A DNA stretch of 64,000 nt, from contig NC_043017.1 of NCBI RefSeq assembly GCF_006345805.1, forward strand, positions 2,790,001 through 2,854,000, in the 5' to 3' direction. This DNA is from Octopus sinensis. Lineage: Eukaryota. The notes beneath the pieces are model-generated. The model searched no databases. It worked only from the letters and a program-made list of their open reading frames with translations, and was not told the DNA's origin. Position 1 is the first letter of the stretch. Each line of letters begins with the position of its first letter. Position numbers and translations under genes: made by a program. Positions 12,236 through 23,922 of this stretch are shown here, one piece after another.

Positions 12236-13904
12236 AAGTTTTTGTTTTGCAAGATTCCTGATGTGAAATCCTGTTTGGAAACAGATATTGTTATATTTCG
12301 GGATGGTCTTTCTTATAGAAAGACTGGATGAACTAAGAAGGCCAGGGGGAGACACGTGGAAAGGAAAAGTCGCTGAAGAGGTCACAGGTGTGTAACGAAA
12401 GATTTCCAGACAATGGACATAAAATAAGAAAAACAATAAACGAGTGAAAAGCTTGTACTTATTTGGCAACAGCAACAAAAAATAAATTGACCATCCTGAA
12501 ATGTAAGAATATATATATAGAGGCTAATATTTATAGCTTTATCTACTTCCAGAATCTTCATTCCAAAAGAAGAATTATTTCACGTTCTCTCATCTGACTA
12601 CAAAGGCAAGTTGTTAAGCCACACATCTTTTGTCTTTGGCCTCCGAAGGGATTCACTCTGCTGACTTTAATATAGGATTCGGTAATTGTCTGTAAAATTT
12701 ACAAACGACTGACTTTTGTAATATTTTCGTCAACGCTATTCCCAGTGACACAAGATATTGTCCCCTTCAGGGAAGGGGTGAAGTTAGAGGAAGACAAGGG
12801 GGGAGACAGACAAAAGAAAAAGAAAGAAAGGAGACAACCGACAATCGTTTGAAATCTTAATTGTATAACTTCACCCTCAAACTATAAATCAATTTTCTCG
12901 TTTCTGACTCCCTAAAAACAACAACTACAACAACAACAACAACAGCAACAACTTAATAATTCTACAAGCAGACAACGGTTGTAACAATACGAAGAATTAC
13001 AAGTAGTAGTAAACAATATATAACTATGACAGCCTCCCTTCTCCACGGGGATCTTATTTAATACGCCATGGCGGCCATGTTGATGGCATATATAACTCAT
13101 GTCAAATGTTCTGTTGTTTTTCTTCTTTGTCTTTAGTTTCATCAGACATTTGTAACTAAATTGCAATATGATTCATTTCAAGGGATTCGCCTTTCGTCTA
13201 TTTATCTGCTATTCATTTATCATTTTTAGGCAGATTACATATTTGTGTGGAGAAAGTTTACAGTTGTTACACTTTACTAATCGTGTGATGTTGTTTGTTT
13301 CTATTTTATATCTGAAATTATAAAAGAACAGCGCCATTTTTTGCCACTTACTTTTAGGACAAATCACTGCTTCATGATATTTCAGAAAGCGACAATTATA
13401 AGGGGGTGTTGAAGAAATCTCTCGAGACATTTCGTTTGAAATCCCCTGTTTTATGGTTTTCTAATAGTCATTTTAAATACTAAAGTACACTCACACACAC
13501 ACATATTTATAGTTATATCTATGTACGTGTCCTATGGCGCTTGATCGGATACGTATATTAATTGTCAGTGCTCTCAAATTTATAATTATAATACAATACT
13601 GAAGACGGGAGTGAGTAAAAATATGTTTTACATCTTTTTACATCTTTTTAACCCAGAATCGCGTATATAGTTAATCAAAGCCAGGTGGATTCATTATTTA
13701 CCTGCGTGAACTGAGAGTATTATTGTCTGGGAAATATCTTATGGTATGGTAGTGGAATAGTATTTAACTGCTATTTCTAAATTTCGGTATGTGGTGAAGC
13801 AGTTTTTGCTGAACCCTAATTATAATTATGTTTATAATTATAGAATTTTTGCATAATGTTACCTATAATGTCCCTTTTAACATAGCGAACTACTTGATAA
13901 AATT

Positions 13905-14190
13905 ATTAGTTATTAATTAATTAATTAATTAATTTTACCAATTATTATGTATATATATATATATATATTATATATATATATATATATTAATATCATATAT
14001 ATATTATATATGTATATATTATTTATATATATATATATATAATATATATTATATAGATATATTAATATATTATATATATATATATATATAATATATGTAT
14101 ATATATATATTATAGTATATATTATATATATATATATATATATAATATAATATATATATATTATATATATATATTATATTATATATATGT
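13905..14190. repeat. (TAAT)n plus TA-rich tract
   Basis: Directly visible. Confidence 0.9.
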
Positions 14191-14199
14191 AATTTTGTT

Positions 14200-14572
14200 C
14201 TTTTATTCTTTTGTTTCTTTCAGTCATTTGACTGAAGATATCGACCGCTGGACATATTCTTTGTAAGCCTGGTGCTTATTCTATCGGACTCCTCTCCTGA
14301 ACCGTTAAGTTACCGGGACGTAAGCACACCAACATCGGTTGCCAAGCGATGGTGGCGGGAGGACAAACACAGACACAAACACACACGTAAATATATACGT
14401 ATGTATATAGGACAGGCGTCTTTTAGTTTCCGTGTACGAAACCTACTCAAAAGGCTTTGGTCGGCGCGAAGCTATAGTGGAAGGCACTTGCCCAAGGTAC
14501 GACACAACGAGAGTGAATCCAGAACCTTGTGCTTTGGGAGCAAGCTTCGTAGCACACAGCCACTCCTGCGCC
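14200..14572 (-). mobile_element. SINE family B, near full length
   Basis: CAGTCATTTGACTG tail hairpin through CACTTGCCCAAGG to CCACTCCTGCGCC head. Confidence 0.88.
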
Positions 14573-14580
14573 AATATGTA

Positions 14581-14582
<2 letters not shown>

Positions 14583-14624
<42 letters not shown>

Positions 14625-14759
14625 ATTAATTGATAGATAGATATTAAAAGAGTGAGATTGATAGATATATAGATAGATAGACAGATAGACAGATAGATAG
14701 AGATAGATAAATAGATAGACAGACAGACATATAGATAGATAACTAGACAGACAGACACG

Positions 14760-14813
<54 letters not shown>

Positions 14814-14859
14814 GCAGATAGACAAATAGATAGCCAGATAGATAGACAGATAAATATAC

Positions 14860-14946
<87 letters not shown>
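14583..14946. repeat. (GA)n then (GATA)n array
   Basis: Directly visible; gives the IYLS-repeat ORFs. Confidence 0.95.
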
Positions 14947-14947
<1 letters not shown>

Positions 14948-15189
14948 GCACATATACACATCGAAATACATACGGACTAGCAACGGAGAGAAATGTCGAT
15001 TGCATGAATTCTTAGAGATAAAGTGAATTCATGTAGAGTACGCTAAAACTTTTTAAGTGTAATCACTGGCATAATGTTTGAAAGACTACAGGTGTTGGGA
15101 AAGAAAGAAGAGGGGAAAAATAGAGAAGAAATGAAGGAGTGCGAGAAAGGAACAGAGAGAAAATCTCGATCCCATAACATCAAGGAAAC

Positions 15190-15276
15190 GCTCAACATGT
15201 TGATGATGATGATGCTGACGTCGACGAGGATTGTGATGGTAGTGAGGGGGGTCATGACGGTGATATGATGATGACG

Positions 15277-15307
<31 letters not shown>

Positions 15308-16460
15308 AGATGAGGATGATGACGACGACGACGAGGGTAATAATAGTGAAGGCAAAAAGGGCAAGAAAGATGATAGCTACGAAGACAACGCTGACGACGA
15401 ACACATCTACGACGACGGCGATGACAATGATGATGATGATAAAGGCAACGTCGATGTTGTTGATTGTGGCGATAATGCCGAAGGTTTTATTGAAGTGCCT
15501 TATGATGACGGATCGTTTACTATTATTATCTCCGCTGGTGATGACGGTGGGGCTTCCGATGACGATGATAATGGTGTTAGCTGCAATGGCACGCAGTGGG
15601 GACAGGAAAGAGGATGGAGGTAGATAGGGGTGGGCTGCTGGCTATACTACTGGTGGTGGTAGTGTTGGTGTTGTTGTTGGTGATGATGGTCGTGGTGCTA
15701 ATGGCAGTAGTGGTGATGTTGGTGGCAGTGGTTGTTGTTGTTATTGGTGGTGGTGGTTGTGTTGATGGTGGTGGCTGCGGTTGTGGTGGTAATGGTGGTG
15801 GTGGTGGTAGTGGTTGTGTAGTACTAGTAATAGTGTAGCGGTAGTGTTGATGGTAGTGGTGTTGGTGGTTGCGGTGATGTTGGTGTTGTTGTTGTTGCTG
15901 GTGGTGGTGGTTGTTGTTGTGGCTGTGGCTTTGGTGGTGATGGTGGTGTTGGTGGTGGTGATGATGGCAGTGGTTGTGGATTGTTAGTTCAGTTGAACGA
16001 ACCATGAACCGCTTACAATGCTGATGAGAAGAAAAGAGCGGTGACACTCAGCATGGAGGTGAAGTTAGTATTAATGATAGTGGTGGTGGTATTATAGATG
16101 CACTGTAGTGGTTGTGGTAGCCACTGCAGCAACAGCAGCAGGAGCAACAACAGCAGCAGTAGTAGTAGTAGCGATATTATTTGCAGATTTGCACTAGTAG
16201 TAATAGTATTAGTAGTAGTAGTAGTTGTTGTTGCAGTAGTCGTAGTAGTAGTAGTAGTAGTGTCGAGAAAGAGCAACAAGAGCAAGCAGCGGATGTAACA
16301 GCAACAACAAAAACAGCAGCAGTAGCAGCAACATCATCAACAGCAGCAGCACATATGACAACAGCTACAACGACGACGACGATAAAGCAACAAAAACAAC
16401 AACAACAACAAAGACACAGCAGCAGCAGCAGCAACAGCAACAGCAGCAATGGTAGTGTTG
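15190..16460. repeat. About 1.3-kb mosaic of trinucleotide repeats (GAT/GAC, GGT/GTT, TAG, CAG/CAA)
   Basis: Sequential blocks of different triplets; ORFs on both strands are homopolymeric. Confidence 0.9.
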
Positions 16461-17061
16461 GAACGAAAAGCATGGTGTTGCAGGCAAAAAGAAAAAAAAA
16501 ATTGTCTTTTAAAATGTCTGTGAAAATGAAAGACAAGAGAAGACAAACCAAAGAGAAAATACAGGTTGCATGATGAGAAAGCTATCTTGTCTTGCCGAAT
16601 CAAAAACAATATACCAGGTTTATTTATGCTATATTTATAACAATATAGTTCGTTAGCTGCTATTATTGTCGAAAGCCGGCGAAGTCATTCTATTGGAGAA
16701 GTGTCGGCCATTTTTCAAGCGACTTAAACACAGTCTGTAAGGACAAACAATACGTTAATTAGATAGGAAAAGCCCGAGAAAAATATGTACTGATAATTAA
16801 CATCATTGAAATAAATCAGTGATAGAATTTAGTAACTATTTCATGTTTGTTCCTAACAATCCGTGGACAATGACACCCTTTAGCAATTACATCTCATACA
16901 GACAGTAGATCATGAGATAGCGCGCTCACACGCTGCAAAAACAAGTGTATCTTCGTATAAGAAATACGAAGAAGATACGAATGCGTACAGCGACACGGTG
17001 TACTCGGAAGTATTGATCTGCAGCTTCGGTGTGTTCCGAATATGAATATTGAAATTTGCAC

Positions 17062-17121
<60 letters not shown>

Positions 17122-17233
17122 CACAGTGTTAAATGTATATTTATGTATAGACATACATGCACACACACACACAAGTATGTGCATGTATATATTACATATA
17201 TAATATGTATATGTGTATGTATTTGCATCTGTG

Positions 17234-17280
<47 letters not shown>

Positions 17281-17304
17281 GTATGTGTGTGTGTATGTAT
17301 ATAG

Positions 17305-17517
17305 TCTTTTACTCTTTTACTTGTTTCAAATATTTGAGTGTAGCCACGCTGGAGCACCGCCTTTAGTCGAACAAATCGACCTCAGGACTTATTCTTTGTA
17401 AGCCTAGGACTTCTTCAATCGTTCCCTTCGGCCGAACTGCTAAGCTACGGAGACATAAACACACCAACATCGGTTGTCAAGCGATGGTGGCGGGGACAAA
17501 CATAGACTTACAAACAC

Positions 17518-17552
<35 letters not shown>

Positions 17553-17553
17553 G

Positions 17554-17586
<33 letters not shown>

Positions 17587-17664
17587 ACGAGGTTCTTTCA
17601 GTTCCCGTCTACCAAATCTGCTCACAAAACTTTGGTAGGCTCGAGGCTAAAGTAGAAGACACTT
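17305..17664 (-). mobile_element. SINE family B, 5'-truncated
   Basis: TCTTTTACTCTTTTACTTGTTTCA tail, GCTGGAGCACCGCCTTTAGTCGA, internal CA/TA/TG microsatellite, ends at AGAAGACACTT. Confidence 0.88.
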
Positions 17665-17703
17665 GAGCTCAGAACGTAGCGGCAGCCGAAATACGCTAAA
17701 CAT

Positions 17704-18025
17704 TTCTACTATAATCTCTGGCCGACCAAAACCTTGTGACGGGATTTAGTAGACGGAAACTGAAAGAAGACCGTCGTATATATGTACATATATGCAGCTA
17801 TGCGTGTATGTCTTTGTGTCTATGTTTGTACCCCATCACCTGCACCTCCACAACCGCTTGGTGGTGGGATAAAAGAGACCGGCAAAAGAAACCGATAGAA
17901 TACTTATTCGTAGCAGGCTTTAAAACAAAATAAATAAGTACTTGGTTTGATTCTTTCGACAGAAATTTCTTTAAAGCGGTGCCACAGCATGGCCGCAGTG
18001 TAATTATCGAAACAAGTTGAGCATA
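17704..18025 (+). mobile_element. SINE family B, 5'-truncated, inverted relative to 17305-17664
   Basis: TCTACTATA..GGCCGACCAAA..AGACGGAAACTGAAAGAAG..CAGCATGGCCGCAGT. Confidence 0.82.
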
Positions 18026-18722
18026 ACAGACAGAAGATAACAATCAACAGATATTTTTTAGTTAATGATGAAGGCAACGCGAGCTTAAAATCATTGTTTT
18101 TGTTCGTTGAAAAGATGGAAAGTCCTGTAAACCTGATTTGATCCTCGGTCAAATATGGCGTCCAGATACATCAAGTTTAACATCGTCCATTAAATACGAG
18201 AAATTCACTACTCGAGCAACAATGCGTCGACCTTACGACACCAGGTGAGAGAAAGGTGTGTAAGATACAGAAACGTTTGTCTCTGAAGCAGTAGCACAAA
18301 AACCATTCTAAAGTACATCACCAGAACATTAAAAGATTACAGAATGACATAAGATTTCCAAACACAATGATGGCGTGAATTTCAGTCGTCATTTGAAAAC
18401 TCACTTTTCTGCTTTATAACGAATATACAAGCAACGAAATCATAGTGAATAATATATGCTACGTTTAATTTGAATAAATCATTTGCATAAATTCGAAACA
18501 GTGGTTCTGAACCCATTTTTACCTATGGAACTTTGCGTTACTGTTTTACTTTACTGGACCTTCATAGCCATCCGATGTTATATATATTTATAATTGAATA
18601 TTCTTTTCTACTCTAGGCACAAGGCCCGAATTCAGCCTCACAACACATAAAGTCACTGCAACACAATCTCTTTTCGTCAACAGGCCTTGCTCTATTGCTA
18701 TTATCACAAACAAATCAAAGAA

Positions 18723-19022
18723 ACAGATCCCATCATCTTCAAATGAAACTAGGACCAATTCCTTTAAGGGATATCGATAAGCCACCTATACCTCGATATA
18801 TCTTAGTCAATAACTCCCTACTTGAATGGGCTATGATACTACAAAACTTGACTCAAAAATGACTTAACAGATCCCATCAGGTTCTGCTATTAACTTAGGA
18901 CAAATTACTTCAAGCGTACCAGATAAGTCACCTATACCTCGATAGATCTCAATCAACACCAACTTCTCACTTGAATGGGAAATGATGCCACAAAACTTGA
19001 CCTAAAAGTTACTTAACAGATC
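18723..19022. repeat. Diverged tandem duplication, period about 144-149 bp
   Basis: CACCTATACCTCGATA at 18783 and 18929; ACAGATC at 18723, 18867 and 19016; ACTTGAATGG and CAAAACTTGAC repeated. Confidence 0.85.
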
Positions 19023-19880
19023 GTGTGTTAAGTTAAACATGAAGTTAAACTATTAAGTTAAACGTTACCAGGGCCAATCTTTGACCGAAACATATCTAAG
19101 TTATCAAATAATTTAAATTATGAGATTTCGTAAATACAAGTTAAAAATCTGGTGAGAGATTAGGAATAACTCTGAACAAAGCTTCTTTTAAAAAGGCCAC
19201 CGAGCAAACATTTATTGTAGTCTATAAGAGTAAAGAAAGCCTGTTTACACGAGTGTTTATAACAGCAGAAAGTGGTAGTCGTTGCAGCATCTCATGGAAA
19301 TTTAATAAATATTTCTATTACTATTAAAATACAGCGATGTTTATACAAACTTATTAAACTGCATTTGCAAACGGGAAAGTCGATCCGGCTCGACTAGTGA
19401 CACCGAACATTCTTCAGCCTTAGTTCTTGCTTCTTTCAATCGACAAAGCAAAACAGTAGCTTACAATTACTCAGAGCTTTGGCATTGCTCATTTGCAAAT
19501 AGAGACATTCACTGGCGACGTGCATTAATTAACTGAATAGGCCAACTTGTTTATCTTGTGGATTAATTTACATCCGTACGTTTCCTAAACGCCCATTTAG
19601 ACGCTCTTCGTAAGACGAGAGAGTGTTGAGCGAGACAGATGTGGAGCCTCGAGATGCGGTTATTATCAGCTCATCGTTAGCAGAGTCTGTCGTTTAGAAG
19701 ATTGTTTCTAATTAGCTGTATCTTACTGTTTCTTTCAGTAGATTGACCAGATGATCTTCAGAATCCTAGCAGAGCTGGTTCTTTACCCTGTTCTCCGGAG
19801 AATCCCGTTATTTAAATAGGCAGGGTCGACCTACGCACGCTGCCGAACTCTATATTTATTAAATGTTTAACACCCCCCGC

Positions 19881-19946
<66 letters not shown>

Positions 19947-20280
19947 ATACGCAAAAGTACTACGCTTCTTCAAGAGCACTCACACATTTATACAGTGGAA
20001 AACTCTCTTCACTTTATCAAGCACGAGATCCTGCAAACTATACCCTTTCTCCATTGAATAAATTTACAACAATCACAATAATTCCAAACCTAAAAGACCA
20101 AGTGACGTTTTTCCTAATTCTTTTACCTTCCTATGTTGCGTTTCGTTTTTCGTTTTTCTCTCATTACATTTTTCCCTTTTGACCTGTCGTCCCTTCTCGT
20201 TCATTTTCGCTTTTTATCAGAGAAACGGCCCTATCTTTTATAGCTTGGTTGACGGTTGAAAAGCAGGACAAAAACGGGTT

Positions 20281-20450
20281 TATCGATCGCATTCTCACCT
20301 GGAATCGATTTTTGTAATTTTTTCAAGATTTATACACGTCCTGATACCGTCGGTATCTACATATTAAATTTGAGCGCAATCGGATGGAGGGATGCCCGAG
20401 ATCCTAGAAGACACACACACAGATAGACAGAACGGATTTTATATAATAGA
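20281..20450 (-). mobile_element. Helitron-like non-autonomous element 5' end
   Basis: Reverse complement begins A|TCTATTATATAAAA + CTGTCT/GT microsatellite + CATCCGATT..AAATTT; roughly 90% similar by eye to 48821-48981. Confidence 0.65.
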
Positions 20451-20489
20451 TATATATAGGTATGTATGTATATATATATATATATATAT

Positions 20490-20683
20490 GTGTGACCTCG
20501 TGATTACCGGTGGCGATTTTTTTCCCCTGTCTTCCCTTCTCGGGATCTTTCCTTCTCCTATGTTTCCAACGAAGAGCTCCGCTCGAAACGTTACACCCTC
20601 CTTCCCTTCTTTCCTGAGCGTCCAATAATACTTTATTTGTTCCATGTCCTCGCGTTGTGTTTTTTGTGTTTTCTTGTTTGGAT

Positions 20684-20687
<4 letters not shown>
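20490..20687 (+). mobile_element. Penelope-like terminal-repeat remnant flanked by (TA)n
   Basis: Contains the ACGAAGAGC..GCTCGAAACGT motif typical of PLE pseudo-LTRs; shares CTGAGCGT..TAATAC with 54860-55078. Confidence 0.55.
20562..20596 (+). ncRNA. Minimal type-I hammerhead-ribozyme-like motif (degenerate core)
   Basis: Stem I GTTT/ACAC (3 of 4), core CCAACGA (vs CUGANGA), extra A, stem II GAGC-TCC-GCTC, GAA + palindromic ACGT, H=T. Confidence 0.5.
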
Positions 20688-20720
<33 letters not shown>

Positions 20721-21873
20721 ATATATGTGTCGTTATGTGTGTGTGCTTATGTATGTACATGTGAATTTGTTTCTTAGTGTGCATATATGAATGTTTGTGT
20801 GCGTGTGTCTTTGGATTTACGCGTGTACTTGTTTCCCTCACATTTTTTTTTATTTTTGTTTTTCGCGACTAAATTCAAAATACTTAATCTACATCGTATA
20901 AGGTATAACAGAAGTGTACAGAGCAACAATACGTTAGTTTGCACAAACAAAACGGCCTTTTATGTAACCTAGATATATGAGTAAAGCAATACTCCGAGGT
21001 AATTTGAAAGAGAGAGACAGAGAGACAGAGTGAGAGAGAGAAAGCGAGTAAGTGAGAGAAAGAGGATTACTTGCAGAGGTTTTCAACCAACTCCTATTTC
21101 ATATCTTAATTCCCACAGCTGCGGTAGCTGAGCATTGTTAACGTCTACGATGCTTGGTAACGGTTTCGCAGAACAGCAGGGTATTATATCTGTCTGAAAT
21201 ACATACAGATGTTAATACTCACATACACACACACATATACACAATTAAGTATATATTTACATGCGTCTGTTTCTTCGCGTAAGATATTTGTGTAAGTCTA
21301 TGATTAAAAGATGCAGTCACACAAGCAGGTTGATTGTTAACTAAACACTGTTATATTGTACAGGGTGGGGTTTTATGAGATAAAGACCTAATATTGAGTT
21401 AAATTGTAATAAACACTTTGTATTGACATTTACTGGCAAGGCCCATTAGTTACCACAGAATTTCGTACTTAAATATATCACAAACCAGCAGCATACATAT
21501 GTATGTACGTATGTATGTATGTACGTATGTATGTGCGTATGTATGCATTGCCTACGTCCGTCACAGGCAGCCTTCGACTTTCTCTTTCCCGAAGGGTTTT
21601 TAACCTAACATTTATATATTATTATTCATAGCTTCATCAACCGTTAAAAGAGACTTATATACATACATACTTACATACATTCATACGTACATTACATACA
21701 AACACACAAACACACACACACATATATATATATATATATGTATGTATGTATGTATGTATACATGTATGTATGTATGTATGTATGCATGTATATATATATG
21801 TATGTATGTATGTTATGTATATTATATATGTCTACGTGTTTGTATATATATATATTCATATATATATATATTC

Positions 21874-21948
<75 letters not shown>

Positions 21949-22042
21949 CTGTGCCTATATCTGCACGTTTGTTTTATTTCAAAACACCTGTTAAAGGTAA
22001 ATATTTTGTCAAGTAGATGACTGATGCTACTTTTCCATCTCC

Positions 22043-22868
22043 AATAATAATAATAATAATAATAATAATCGTGTATGCCAGCAACAAAATGAAACCATTG
22101 ACCATGTCGTCTCCAAGTGCAGTCTTCTAGCGCCTACAGAGTATCTCAACAGACACGATAGAACTGCACAATATATTCACTGGGTAATCTGCAAAAACCT
22201 GGATTTGCCCCATGAAAAAAAACTGGTGGGAACACAACCCACCCCCAGTGCTTGAAAATGACCACATCTCACTCCTCTGGAACTTCACCATTCAAACTGA
22301 CAGAAAGATAGATGCAAATAGGCCAGACATCATATTGAAAGACTTCAAACAAAGAACATGCCTCCTCATTGATATGACTGTCCCAATCGATATAAACGTA
22401 TCTGTCAAGACCTACCAAAAATGAGCAAATATATAAAAGTCTTGAAATAGAAATCAGCAAAATGTGGAACCTGAAGACTAAAACAATACCTGTTGTCATA
22501 GGTGCCCTGGGAATGATAGCAAAAGGGGCTGATAGCTACCTAACTCAGATACCAGAACAGAAAACCCCAAAATGGCAGAGAAATTCAAAAGATAGTAGTG
22601 CTCATGGGAACTGCTCATATCCTACGCAAAATACTTTCTATGTAATCTCAAGGTTTAAAACAAACATAATTTTCGGTTTAAAAAAAAAAAAAAAAATTTT
22701 TTTTTAGACATTCATTAGTACAACACCAAAAAATATATGGCACACTAGGCATAACAACAACATGAACTTCCAACCTGTTGTTTCTTGAGGTCTCTGGGTG
22801 AGACTTGGAGCCAACTTGTACAAATATAAAGCAAAAGTCAAACATAGAATAATAATAATAATAATAAT
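22043..22868 (+). mobile_element. 5'-truncated R4/Dong-clade non-LTR retrotransposon within (AAT)n
   Basis: RVCQQQNETIDHVVSKC (CCHC knuckle remnant), RHDRTAQYIHW, LLWNFTIQTDRKIDANRPDIILKD..LLIDMTVP (restriction-like endonuclease), MWNLKTKTIPVVIGALG; frameshifts near 22215 and 22420; (AAT)9 on the left and (AAT)7 on the right. Confidence 0.9.
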
Positions 22869-23299
22869 GATGACAATAATAGTAATAATAATAATAATGA
22901 TGATGATAAACCTGAAATTTTAAGGGCAATGGCTAGTCGATTATATCGACTCCAGTGCTCAGCTATAATCTGTTCTATCGATCCTAAAATGAAGGAATCA
23001 TTGTAAAATATCCATTTGTTTGTGGGAAAGTGAAACGCTTTTGTGCTAAAGCCTCCATTTGGAGATTAACTCTGGTGTATCCAAATTTAGAAACAAGTTC
23101 CTCAAAATTAATGTTTAGACAAATATATTTCTGAAACAGAGTTGTACATCTTTGTCTGAAAGTATACGCTTTAATTCGAGTCTTTTCGTTGCATAACAAC
23201 TCAAAGTTGTTTTCTGATCTTTTGAATCTGGAAGGTATTGCGGTACATTGAGCATAAGGTTTTTCAACTTTATTCCCTTGATATGTTTCTCCACCTCTC

Positions 23300-23447
23300 C
23301 TGAAATTTTTTCGTGGGGAGCGGGTCTAATCGATGGCACCGACCCCTGTACTTGTCTGGTACGTACTTTATCGACTTGAAAGGATGAAAGCCAAATTGAT
23401 CTCGGCTGAGATTGAACTCAATACGTAAAGAACCGAAAGAAATACCA
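23300..23447 (-). mobile_element. SINE family A, degenerate
   Basis: CTGGTAC..TTTATCGAC..AAAGGATGAAAG..TGAACTCA. Confidence 0.7.
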
Positions 23448-23689
23448 ACACTCTTATTATTCTACAATCTACTGAGCTTAAAATTTCTAATACTGGAACA
23501 AGATCAGAAACTTAACGAGATAGGATTAGTCAGTAACGTCAATAACAGAACTTCAGTAATACTTATTTTAGCGACCCCGGGAAGATAACAAACAAAAAGG
23601 CGTTATGGCATTTGAACCGAGGACGTAAAGAGAAGAAAGTGGAATTTAGTTTGACACCCTACCTTCCTGCCACATGTCCCCACAGACTA

Positions 23690-23922
23690 CCTATTTCTTT
23701 ACTACCCACAAGGGGCTAAACACAGAGAGGACAAACAAGGACAGACAAACGGATTAAGTCGATTACATCGACCCCAGTGCTTAACTGGTACTTAATTTAT
23801 CGACCCCGAAAGGATGAAAGGCAAAGTGGACCTCGGCGGAATCTGAACTCAGAACGTAAGGGCAGACGAAATACCGCTAAGCATTTCGCCCGGTGCACTA
23901 ACGTTTCTGCCAGCTCACCGCC
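23690..23922 (-). mobile_element. SINE family A, full monomer
   Basis: CCTATTTCTTTACTACCCACAAGGGGCTAAAC through CTGCCAGCTCACCGCC head. Confidence 0.92.

Noticed and set aside
15577-16047. 156-aa His/Gln/Pro/Thr-rich ORF
   Set aside because: Pure triplet-repeat translation with comparable ORFs on both strands; no reflectin or other known motif.
16894-17060. CpG-rich segment open in all three minus frames, with a 9-bp hairpin at 16950-16972
   Set aside because: No recognisable protein or splice context; short enough to be chance.
22984-23339. Two overlapping minus-strand ORFs with protein-like composition
   Set aside because: No family motif recognised; a BLASTx search would be needed.
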